Source of the DNA: Toensbergia leucococca
Taxonomy: Eukaryota
Length of the DNA stretch: 55,673 nucleotides
Assembly: GCA_022813965.1 (NCBI GenBank)
Contig: JALDZS010000156.1
Span: 1 to 55,673, forward strand
Direction of reading: 5' to 3'
The position numbers and the translations under genes are program-made. The stretch's first letter is position 1. Every line of letters starts with the position of its first letter. Below the pieces are notes generated by a model. That model had not been told where the DNA came from, did no database searches, and was given only the letters and a program-made list of their open reading frames with translations. Shown here in pieces: positions 13,039 to 23,629 of the stretch.

Positions 13039-13567
13039 AATTATTGAAGAAGTCTATTCTACCGATCCTACAGCACCTCTGAACGTTAGACCCCAAAAGC
13101 TGGTACGTTAAAGGTAGGTGTCAATGTCGCTGCTACAACCTACTAGCTGTCGGCAGATTGCTGTCCATGCAGAATGCGCTACAACTCCCTCGTATAAGCG
13201 CAGGTATCTTGACTTCTACCCCTAATACTCATCTTGCTCACGCATCCATCACAAACGTCTTCTGAGTTGGCTCTTTCCTATGGATCTAGAATGCCTGGAG
13301 ACTGACCATGAGGCGCCTGGAAAAAACCGAGATGCTGCTGGATTGCCGTTGCTCCACCCTCGGATCATGGCGGAAGGCATCCTCTTCCGGAGACACACAC
13401 TAAACCTACGTCATCAATTGTCTGATTGTCTTTTCCTAAATGCTCTAGCTGGAGCGATACGGTATTCCTATCCTCTCCGCTGGAAGATTGCAGTAATCTG
13501 CAAATTTCAAAGATTGGATTGGATTGGGTGCCGAAGACGCACGTACTCCAGTAGCGAGAGTGCATGA
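12890..13567 (+). CDS. Tentative spliced orphan gene beginning in the minisatellite: (MHDGAFHS)n-MHEIIEEVYS...
   Basis: Phase-0 donor GTACGT at 13103 with acceptor GGCAG at 13156 (54-nt intron). Exon 13157-13203. Donor GTATCT at 13204 with an atypical GAG acceptor at 13266 lands in frame with the 13280..13567 ORF. No recognisable homology. Confidence 0.3.
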
Positions 13568-14319
13568 TCAGTATAATTTATACTTGTAGAAGCGCAACTA
13601 TGATGGCCATGTTGTCGCGAGGGAGATGAATAGAGTATTACCTCACAAGTGGGAGAGCGGTGTGACTAGTATTTCTTGATTACATCATAGTCCGTGATTG
13701 CGAAAGTTCTCCAGGGCTTGAAAGCCTGAGGCTTCTGCCGTTTGAGATTAAGAAAGAGAAAAAGAGAAAAGAGCCGATGACCGGCCACTAAGGTTTGTCT
13801 TCACCCGCCAACAACTTCCCTTCAACGGCGCTCTGGTCGGATGATTTCTCTTCAAATGAGGTGAGCGGTGCGGCACTGCGGTTGAAAGAGCCATGCAATG
13901 ATGCAAGCACTGGTACTACGGAATAATGCAGCCAATAATGGTGCTGAAACGTGCATAAGACCCCGTCTTAGGTATGGGGGGGTGAGATGACGATCGACAA
14001 GTAACCCGTGTGTCACATCGCACGCCCAGGGCAGTAAGAGTTGCGGCGCAGGGTGATATAGACTTCCCATTGTCCACCCCATCATCAGAATGAGCTTGTT
14101 GTCAGCTGTTCGATTTCCTTTTTGCATTGCGACTTGTGCTATGCTGGCTGATCCCAACATTGTGATCGGCCACTACTAGTTGAAACACTGTTATCATATA
14201 TACGAGCCTTGGCCCGCACACCCACCCACTATTGAATATTGATATTGCACACGCCGTCCTTTGTCCTACAGCTTCATCTTGTTTGCAGATAATTGAACCG
14301 CTGCGTGAACATTGTCACA

Positions 14320-15489
14320 ATGCCAGTCCTCACACGTCGCCAGCAGCAGGTGGGCTTAAGAGGAAGCGCCAGCAGCAGGAGCAGTGTCGATAGCAATGAA
14401 AGCAGCGATCGCTTGCGAGTAGTCAAAGAGGACTTTGAAGGCCCTCTTAACGAAATGGACTTGCCATCTGCGAAGTTGGCCAAGTTACCCTCCAGGCAAA
14501 AGTCGAAGAATGCCCTTCGAATAAGTACATACACCAAGCCAGAACTCCACGATCGATACCTTTCGAGCGAAGAGGAACTTTCTCCCAGCCCTGAAGACGA
14601 ACCTGATGTTCTTGGCAATGCACCCAAAGACGAAGCTTTCGAGATCCTCTCTGATGAACCCTTCGATCTTTCTACCATCGCCGAGGCCAAGGTCGAACTG
14701 GTCACCGTTGTCCGGGTGCCATTTTTTGCAGCTGGCCGACCCAAGCTCATCGATATCACCAATATTGCCCCAATGCAAAAACGGAAGCGCCCCGCGAAAC
14801 CACTTGTTCAGCCCATACCCAAGTTTCCATCCTGCACCACAGCCCATTTATCCCACCCCACCAACGGAATCATTGATGTCGCCGTGCCAGAACCTTATTC
14901 CGTACCCACGCGTAAGAACAGCACCGCTCCGTCCATCCCAGAATCTTGGCTCCCAGACGACGACACTATCGAATCGACAGAAAGATTTCCACCCGACCAC
15001 TACTTTCCCGAAGCACCGCTTGAGCTTCGCCGCACGCCATCTTACCAAGACTACGACCCCTACTCCCTCTCCCCTCCTCGCCTTTCATCCAGCACGCAAC
15101 GCTCTCGCGGCCCCATGCACCGTTCTATTCCCGTTAGCACCACTTTGTCTACATCAACCGTAAGCCCTGCATCAGCGATAGCAAAACGCAAGGGTCCCCT
15201 CTCTCGCACATTGAATCTCGCCAAGAAGCAAAGTACCCTATTTCACCACCCACATCTCAATTCTCCAACGAAACCGGAATCTCCGACGCAGCCTCAAGAG
15301 ACGGCTAAGAAAGCAAAACTTGTCGCCAGAGGAGCAAATGACCGGGATGATCCACCATATGTTCCGCTTTTATCACGAACTTCACGAGTACAACCGACAG
15401 CTGCAATGAAGAAATCGAAAATGATGGCTAGAGGGGCCAACGAGAGGGAGGAAATGTTGGTTCTTCCGGATTTCCCTTTTGAGGACTAG
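14320..15489 (+). CDS. Pro/Ser-rich hypothetical protein, probably disordered
   Basis: Uninterrupted 389-codon ORF from ATG 14320 with blocks 'RYLSSEEELSP', 'GRPKLIDI' and a duplicated 'KxxARGAN(D/E)R' motif. Confidence 0.75.
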   Translation: MPVLTRRQQQVGLRGSASSRSSVDSNESSDRLRVVKEDFEGPLNEMDLPSAKLAKLPSRQKSKNALRISTYTKPELHDRYLSSEEELSPSPEDEPDVLGNAPKDEAFEILSDEPFDLSTIAEAKVELVTVVRVPFFAAGRPKLIDITNIAPMQKRKRPAKPLVQPIPKFPSCTTAHLSHPTNGIIDVAVPEPYSVPTRKNSTAPSIPESWLPDDDTIESTERFPPDHYFPEAPLELRRTPSYQDYDPYSLSPPRLSSSTQRSRGPMHRSIPVSTTLSTSTVSPASAIAKRKGPLSRTLNLAKKQSTLFHHPHLNSPTKPESPTQPQETAKKAKLVARGANDRDDPPYVPLLSRTSRVQPTAAMKKSKMMARGANEREEMLVLPDFPFED

Positions 15490-17091
15490 ATGGTCGGTCG
15501 TTGGATCGTGCTGTGCCTGTCGATCCCTCGGTGGGATGGATGAGGTGATGTTGGTGGTGTGGCCGCAGATAGGCAGGCGGTGTTAGTGCGGGTTTTGGGC
15601 TCGGGATGTTGGATGTTTCAAATCGGTGATGGACTTGGAGCCTGTCGACCAGGACTTTTGGTTAGATCCTGACTACTAGGAAAGTCTCGATGATGATTAA
15701 TGAAAGGTGTGATCTGCTTCGTACGGCTGAAGGATTTTTGGTTCATTAAGGTAAGCTATCAAATGTAGTACCTAGTCTCAAATTTAGGGTCATAAACTCG
15801 AAGCTTCTCGTATAGAATTACATGATTTTTAGTATCCGTACTGTATAAAATCGATGCCATAATCCATCCTGGTTGATGGTAGTACTCACTGCCCATGCCT
15901 AGCCATTGGTGCATGATCCTTCTAGCTTACCTTTTATTCCACGTGTTGTCTCTTCTCGGAGCCATGCTAATGTCTCTGAGCCATCGGACCATCGGACCCT
16001 AGCATATCTAACGTGGATGTCACGAATTCATAAAGCTTTCTGGAATCTACATGCTTTATTTCCTGCTTCCTACACGTCTTTCCGTTGTCACATGCAGCTT
16101 TGTTCACCGCATCTCTCCAGCGTGTCTGGTATTTGAGGCAGAATGGAGCTTTTGTATGCAACAAAAGGTCCTTAAACTGGAAACACGATGACCAATTCCT
16201 TGATTCTACTAGTTACGAAAATCACTGTTATGGAAGAATGTTTGGTTTTTTGTAGAGCATGGGCTGACTAAGGTATTTGACCTCTAGGATTACATAATGC
16301 CTGAAGGCCGAATGCCGAATGCCAAGCTGGTCCCACGAAATTACAAGGCAGGCAGTCGCCAGGGATGGACTGTCTAACTGTCTTCTGTCATCCATTACCT
16401 AACAGCGATATGCAGCCAAATGTGGGGAAAGGAGAAAAGGGAACAGTCATCCGAGAGATCGGAAATTGCAACGGGCGGTCCCTTGCACTACTCGTATGCT
16501 ATTCTAGCATGGTCCCGTGTTCGTGGACATCAGAAGCGACGATTGGTTTGAGTCAAGCGCCATCTCTTCCCATATTCTATTCGACCGCATTCGGCCACGC
16601 TGCCTGCTGGGGAAATTACATGGACTCAATTAGCTGCTTGGCGACAACGACTGGCTTCCCCAATATCATCGTAAACACGTCCACTTGGTCTTGGTATATG
16701 TCAAAAACGGATAGTCGGTGGTCTGGATCCAATGGCTCAGCCAGCCTAATCTCTAAATCCAACTTGCTTTAACCTCATCCTCAGTTGCTCATGGTAGAAT
16801 GCTTGCTGTGGCTGATAAAGAATCCTATTTGTACGCGACATATTCCTTTGCCCTATTGCCAGACGTGGATGTGATGAGGCTTACAATTGATTCAATAATT
16901 CCACTTTTGGCTTGGATTCCACCATGCTTGTTTACACTTTACAGAGCCATGTCTTCCTTGTACTTGAACTCATCTTCGTATAACTTGGACCTTCTTGCTG
17001 CTTGGCTTTGCTACCCCAAAGCATAACATTCGTTTTTGATTTTCATTCTCCCACATAATATCTGCTATTTTCACTTCAGTCACTCGTTACA

Positions 17092-18446
17092 ATGCGTTCT
17101 ACATTGATCTTCTCCGCCGCCCTTGCTGGCTTGGCTCTCGCGGCTCCCCGCCCTCATCCTCAGGATATCAATCTGGATGCAGTTGATGCTGCTCCCGACC
17201 CAACCTTTGTTACTCCCCCCGTCGATGTTGTCCAGGAAGTCGTCACTCCTGGTACTACCGACAGCGATGACACCGTGACACGCCGAGCTCTTGACGTGGA
17301 AAAACGAGACGGGACCTGCGCAAAGCAGCCCGCTGGCTCTGGAATCATTCCAAGCCCAGATACAGCTAGTGCCTTTTCGGCCGATACAGATCTGCAAGTA
17401 AGTCCTTACAGTCTCAAACACAGCAATTACTACATGCATTTCATTACCGGATACCTTGACCCGTATCCCTTGCAACCTCGCCGAGACGTTCTTCGAAGCT
17501 TTGAACACCGTTGGTTTACTTAAACAATGACTGACAGTAAAGCAGGCAATCGCCCAAAACGCATACACACCAGATGGCTACACCCAAGTCTTTGTCAACC
17601 TCGCCGGCTCCCTAAGCGCTTCAATGTATATGGGCCTGTACACCTTACCCAGCTTCGACACTCTCAGCTGTGCCTCCCTGTGCGACCAAGCTCAAGGCTG
17701 CTCCGCCTTCAACATGTACATCGAACGCGACCCATCTCTGGACCCGAACGCCGCCTCATGCCCCAACCCTCCAAGCACCACAAACTACAAATGCACGCTC
17801 TGGGGTGCCCCCGTCTGCGCCCAGGAAGCCACAAACCTAGGCCAATGGCGCGATAGCTTCCAGGTCGTCATTACCGGCTCGAATGGTATAGCCCACCCCT
17901 CAAATCCGCACGGAAGGCAATTCCATCACTAACATCGCACCACTCACAGGCTACAACAAGAATGCTCCTCCCCCATCCATCCCCGGCTTCACAGGCCCGA
18001 CCGAACTCGGCGGCGCCATCAACGCCCCTCTAGACGCCTCGGGCAAGAATACCTACATCACCTTCAAATACTATCCCTTCAGCCAAAGTCAAGGCTACAC
18101 CCCCTCCACCTGCGCCTCGGCCTGCACATCACAAACGGCGTACAACAGCCGCCACCCAGCCGCCGATGGTACCTATGTGACCTGCGTACGTCCCTGCCCT
18201 CCCGAACATATGTACCAAACAAACATAAAAACCACGAGAAAATTAGATATTTCAGCTAACATATGTTGCAACTGGCAGGAATTCTTCAACGCCTACGTCC
18301 TTTCCGAAAACGGCGTTCCGCAGGGTTTGTACTGCTCCCTGTATACGGAAACTTGGGCTCCGTCTTACGGCACCAATTACGGCCAATATCGCGGTAGCAA
18401 TCGATATACTGTCTCCGAGTCGTATAGTTACAGCCTTTCGTCATAG
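17092..18446 (+). CDS. Secreted Cys-containing protein, cell-surface / carbohydrate-binding-like (4 exons)
   Basis: Signal peptide MRSTLIFSAALAGLALA and dibasic RR/KR sites. Introns 17398-17545, 17886-17949 and 18186-18278. Two related modules, 'CASLCDQAQGCSAFNMYIERDPSL' and 'CASACTSQTAYN...TCEFFNAY'. Confidence 0.85.
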
Positions 18447-18849
18447 GGGTTTTTGGGGATTCTTTTTGATTGGATGCTGGGATTGAGGTTTCTTTGGGGG
18501 GGTGGGGCGGGATGAGGGATGGTTATTTGTAATGAGAGGGAGGGAAGTGGGAGGGGACTGTGGGTGGTGAAAAGAATACCTTTTTTGTATTTTTTTTTAA
18601 AAATTTAATTGTTAATGTTTGAAGTGTAATGATGTGTGGTCCCCCCACCCCAGGAAGGTGGTTCTTTTGTAAGAGAAGTCTGTCATTATCTATGCCTGAT
18701 AAGGCGGGTAGGTATGTAACTTTGGTTCTCTGAATATCACCCTGTGTATATGCTTGCCGCAGTAACGTTGGTATCTACCTACTCAACCTGTCCTAAAACA
18801 ATGAAAAGGAACAAAATTTACTGCACTGTTGATGTATAAACGCCCCCCC

Positions 18850-21300
18850 CCCCTTCCCGGCCTTGCCGAAAATAATCTAGGCAGTAGGTTCTTTGGGTGG
18901 CGGATTTCTCGATGCACCATTCGACGAGGCTTCTTCTAGTAAACAGGTTTCATGTCTTTGCATCGAGCTATGGCCAGTGTAATGTTCGTTCAGTTTTTGT
19001 GCCCGTGGGTTTTTCTGGGGTTTTTTTGTCCTTGCCTCTTTTGCCCCTTTTCTGAGTGGGTGTGTATGGTCTGCGCTTGCTGCCGTCATTGCTATCGGGT
19101 ATGGTAGGTCTTTTGTTGGACTTTTTAATTTCTCTTTTTGGTAGGTGTTGGGCGTTATGATTTGATTTGATTGTTTGCGGTGGGCATTGTGATGGTAGAA
19201 GAGGCAGGCGCTGAGCGGCAAAGATTTATCATGGTTCTTCTTTGACAAGTGATGTTTTTGTGTACTTTTTGGGTTTTTTTGAAAAGTTTTATGAGTGACT
19301 CTGATGGTTATGGGATTGTAGGATAGTGTGAGAATAGAAAGAAGGAGGAGTAGATGAATAAGATGTGAAAGTAGTAGAATATAGATGTATTTAGTTGAAG
19401 TGTTTGTTTTTGATTATTGTGATTTTGTTTTCTATGTGAGAATGTCTGAGTGATGGTGGGAGGGAATTGAGTCAGAATTTATGGAGTGTGATATCAAAGC
19501 ATTTCTTTTTTTATCTTTCTCTGAGTGAGCTTAGGTTAAGTTTTAGATAGGATGTGCATGAGAGAGTGAGATGATCAATCAGACTCTAATTCACTCTAAG
19601 CATAATATATAACAATATGAGTTATGTGACATCTGATAGACTGATTATATATTCAGTAGAACTTAAACTGAGAAAGTTTAATTTCTTCACTTTTTAAGTG
19701 ACTGTTCAGAGTCAGTGCATCTTCTCAACAAGTGTATGTAGATGATGAAGTATGTATATTTTGCACACTTTAACTGAGAAATGCTACAACAGATTCAAGG
19801 AAGTCCTTGGAGTACGCCCTCCTTTACCTTTTGAGAGATGGAAGTAAGGATTCTGCTCACCTTCATTTCATCCTTTATGTATCTGATCTCCCCTACTCTC
19901 TTAGTCAGTCCGGGACTCATGGGTTTTGCGCTGAGACTCTGATATGTCAGCCTTTGATGACTGTGACCGCCGTTTCGGAGGTTCCTTCAACATCCCCCGT
20001 TTCCTGCAGGTAGTAATTTGGACGGAGCACATATCCCATACGCGAAGTGTTATGCCGGCCTACATTTCCTCCTCCACGTCCTTGACCTCCCTCAACTCTG
20101 CTGATAATCCCGGACTGACTCTCATCCAGGAAATGTATTGACGATTGATCGGCGCATCGGTCCTCCCCATGCATTCTTTCATCCTGCGGTGTCACGTGAA
20201 GGGCTGGTTGTCTTCTATTCGCCTCCAGAAGCTTAGATCGCGTCTGCTCATCCCGCTCCCGCTGCTTTGCATCTCGCTCCTCACGAAGGCGTTTCTGGGG
20301 AGCATTCATATGTCAAAAGGGAGTGTTCATACATCATGAGCCATGTTCGAAATGGGTCGTTTTCCTGATCTGACTTGAAGAGGCAGGGGGACTTGAATAT
20401 CACTTGAAAGTGTCGTTTCGTGCATCTGTGATGGGGTTTCAATTGGTGAAGTGGTTGGTGTTTTGGACCCTTGTCTCGTCTATTGTGTGTGTGCATAGTG
20501 AGATAGCTACTCTGTACCTCTAACCTGTTTTTGGTTTTGATCATCTTCGCTGCATCAGGAAGGAAAAAGTAATTGGTGTTGGTCTGAATGATCCCCACCC
20601 CTTTCATCCTTTTCATCCCTCTCTTATCTTTGTTTGAGGATAAGCTATGGTTAGGCGTGTGCAGTTAGTTAATTTCGTCTTGCGAGATAGGGAAGGGTGA
20701 TTTGCCAGCCTGTACTCCATTTCGTCCCTCCCGTTTTCTTGAAGGAAGGTAGGAAGGCATTTTTTGATTGCACTGTTGGTCTTCTGTTGTGTGAGATGAG
20801 AGATAATGGGGGGGGGGGTTTAAGGGTTGTGATATGATGGACTGTGTTCTTTTCATTACTCTTTCTTTCTTATTTGATTGAAAGAGTGAAAAGGGAGTTT
20901 GGTAAGAAATTCTGGCTTGGTGCGTTGTTTGACAGGCTTGGTGTTGGCGGAAAGAGAAGGCCTGTTGAAAGGGTTGAGTGATATGATGCATGATACTCTA
21001 TGAGAAATGAGAAGGTGAATAGAGTAAAGAAGAAAGTAAAGAATTTACTGCTTGCCTTTCTTCAAGAGGGCTTCATGTTCGCGAGGATTTGATGTGATAG
21101 TCTCGGTTTGAATTGTTATGATGATCGAGGAGCATGGGAAGTATGGTGAAGATAAGGTCTTGACTGAATCATGCGGAGGGAAAATTGCTGAGATCAGGCT
21201 GGTGGAGAGGCTGGTAGAGAGCACGCCTGCCTGCTAAGGCGCTCTTGACGGAGTAACGCTTTTGCTGACATGGAGGTAGGATGTCTCCATGTAGAATCCC
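18850..21300. mobile_element. Decayed repeat / transposon-like relic, class not identifiable
   Basis: No coherent gene model. An AT-rich core at about 19218-19814 has no CpG, and minus-strand frames are broken by many stops. No TIR, LTR or transposase motif was confidently recognised. Boundaries are approximate. Confidence 0.35.
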
Positions 21301-21876
21301 GGAGTCCGCCTCTGCACCACGATCATTTTTTCCTTGAATTCATTGAATGACCTTGTTCTCATAAAAGCTGGTTGGAAAAGCTTCGCCGATATGGCGTGGT
21401 ATATTTCCAAGCTGAAGGGGTTTGAATGACGAGGTGATATGAATAACTTGCCCTGGATGCTTGGGTTGACTGAATTGCTGGTTATAGTGTTGAACAGGCT
21501 TGGGGTTTGCTCCTAAATCTGAGGGTGGAGAGAAGATCCGGTGATGATCAATACCACTTTCGATTGGCTGCAGATAGCGAGGAATGGCGAAAAAGAGTTA
21601 TTCCTTTTCAACTCTGCTAGTTGGGCAAAGGTGAATACTTATGGAAGCACCATGCCGGCCAATGCCACTATGAAAGTGTCACTGCGATCATAGACCTCGC
21701 ACCACTGCCATCACCTGTACGTCCAATGTTTACTGTAATGAGAGGTAGATCAGTCTTCCCTACCTTCCTGTGCGCTTCGTAGCTCATTCTAGATGGCTTC
21801 CAATCCTCGAATTTGTGCCTACGGTATCCAGAAGCCCATCTTCGTACATGGACTTGTTCAATACGGCTCTCTCTTC

Positions 21877-23214
21877 TCAAGGGGGTAATGCATACTTTTG
21901 GTCCCTTGCCTTGATTTTCTTTATATATTCGAGGAGAATAATGGCTGTTTCTTCATGTCCATTCAAGGCCGCACGCATCAAGGCCGTACGGTTACGACAT
22001 TTGGCATTGATGTCGGCTCCCTTCTCGAGCAGGAGATGTATGATTTCACCACGGTCATGCCACCATGCTGCCTCGAGCAAAGCCGTCTCCCCATTGCCTT
22101 TTCTGGCTTCGAGATCGGCCCCGTTCTCAAGCAATAGTCTAACAATTGCTGTATGTCCATATTCAACGGCTTGGATCAATGCTGTTGATTGTGCTCCGGT
22201 TCGGGCATTGACATCTACCTTGTTTTCCAGAAGACATCGTGCTATTCCCTCGTTTCCCGACTCGGCGGCCTTGATTAATAAAGTTTTTCCCTCTTGGTTT
22301 CTAATCTCTATGTCTGCACCCATATCAAGCAGTACTTGTACGACCTGTTCGTAGCCATTATCCGCTGCCCAGTGCAAATTCTCATAGCCTCTAGCAAGGG
22401 GATCACGGCCGGCTTTCAAGAGTAAGTTCCGTGCCTCTTGCTCTTGAGCATCTATAGGCTCGGCGGTACTCATCCATTCTATGATATGTTGACCATCTTC
22501 GTATCCCATGATTGAGGCCTCAATGATCTGACTTGTAGCATCAGACCAGTCATCATGAATGTCCTTGGTGGCTTCTTGAATCAGCTTGACTTCTTTCAAA
22601 CTCGACAGACTACGGATCTCGGTGGTGACAAATTCTCGCTGGCGTCTGTTGTTGGTGGGTGATTCGGTGATGTCTTTCAAACCATCAATAAATTGTTTGA
22701 GATCGTTTATGAGGATGCTGAAACGGCTTCGATCATGAATGGCCCAGCGAGCCTTTGCACGCACGCTGTTACGCTGTTGCGCACGGCTGGTCCGAGCTTG
22801 AAATTGTTGGTATGAAGATTTGAATACAGACATCTGATAGTTGATAAGAGCCTTTGATTCTGGTCGCTCGTCATCCTCAGTAGTTTGCTCAAGTCCATAT
22901 CTTGACAATAGCGACTCGGAATCTGTGAAGAGGCAGTATATACAATTCAGGATACGTTCTATAACTTTGGTAACATGGGGCGAATCTAGATTGGGATCAC
23001 GCTTATGGCTGGAAGAATGAAGAATGCCGACAACGTCTCCCCAGATCAACAATCTTGTCTTTTCTACCTCTAGCTTGGTAGCTAGTAATTCAAAGTCACG
23101 GCCATGGTTTCGTGCCGAATCGATGTAATCCCAGCATTCGACACAGGTGGAGAAGAGGCTTGCGAGGGCAACAACGCCTATCGTAAGGCTGACAGGCTCA
23201 ACGGGTACGACCAT
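21877..23214 (-). CDS. HeLo (prion-inhibition/cell-death) domain protein fused to about 5 ankyrin repeats, intronless
   Basis: ATG at 23214. HeLo-type N-terminus 'EPVSLTIGVVALASLFSTCVECWDYI..GRDFELLATKLEVEKTRLLIWG' and 'KARWAIHDRSRFSILINDLKQFIDGL'. Ankyrin repeats LHWAADNG, LIKAAESG, LIQAVEYGH, LLEAAWW and LMRAALNGH. Confidence 0.9.
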   Translation of the reverse strand: MVVPVEPVSLTIGVVALASLFSTCVECWDYIDSARNHGRDFELLATKLEVEKTRLLIWGDVVGILHSSSHKRDPNLDSPHVTKVIERILNCIYCLFTDSESLLSRYGLEQTTEDDERPESKALINYQMSVFKSSYQQFQARTSRAQQRNSVRAKARWAIHDRSRFSILINDLKQFIDGLKDITESPTNNRRQREFVTTEIRSLSSLKEVKLIQEATKDIHDDWSDATSQIIEASIMGYEDGQHIIEWMSTAEPIDAQEQEARNLLLKAGRDPLARGYENLHWAADNGYEQVVQVLLDMGADIEIRNQEGKTLLIKAAESGNEGIARCLLENKVDVNARTGAQSTALIQAVEYGHTAIVRLLLENGADLEARKGNGETALLEAAWWHDRGEIIHLLLEKGADINAKCRNRTALMRAALNGHEETAIILLEYIKKIKARDQKYALPP

Positions 23215-23629
23215 GACGTGCTTACAAAAATACAAAAGAGATGGTCAAGCGGGACAATAAGATGAGGTAGGTCACCTTGCCAACGAGGGCGCAGCTTGCG
23301 TGAGTAGATTTGATAGAATTCGATACAGAGTACTTGAGCAGGACAATATAATACACGGAATGGTATCCGTAAGGTACCACATCGTGCACATCTGGATCCC
23401 TACCTCGCCACCTCGCTTCCTCGCTAGTAGAACTATGAGTAAGCTTGGCTAGTGAATACAGTAATATTTAAAGGTCAAAATAACGTCGAGATCTCCAAAC
23501 ATTATCAAGTGACAACAGCCGTGCGACCTTTAATAATTCCATGAACAAGCCACCCCGGAATATGCATGACTCTCTTCGATACCGATTAAGGTATCCAATA
23601 CTGGTCAAGCTTTACTCCTGAGATGGAGC

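Noticed and set aside
19903..20120. 13-bp perfect inverted repeat AGTCAGTCCGGGA (19903-19915 / 20108-20120) as MITE termini
   Set aside because: It does not extend and has no target-site duplication. A rough estimate gives about 0.2 such pairs by chance in a window this size.
19947..20616. Retrotransposon gag remnant ('ESVRDY'-like peptide on the minus strand)
   Set aside because: A single short motif in a stop-riddled frame, with no zinc knuckle, protease, RT or LTR found.
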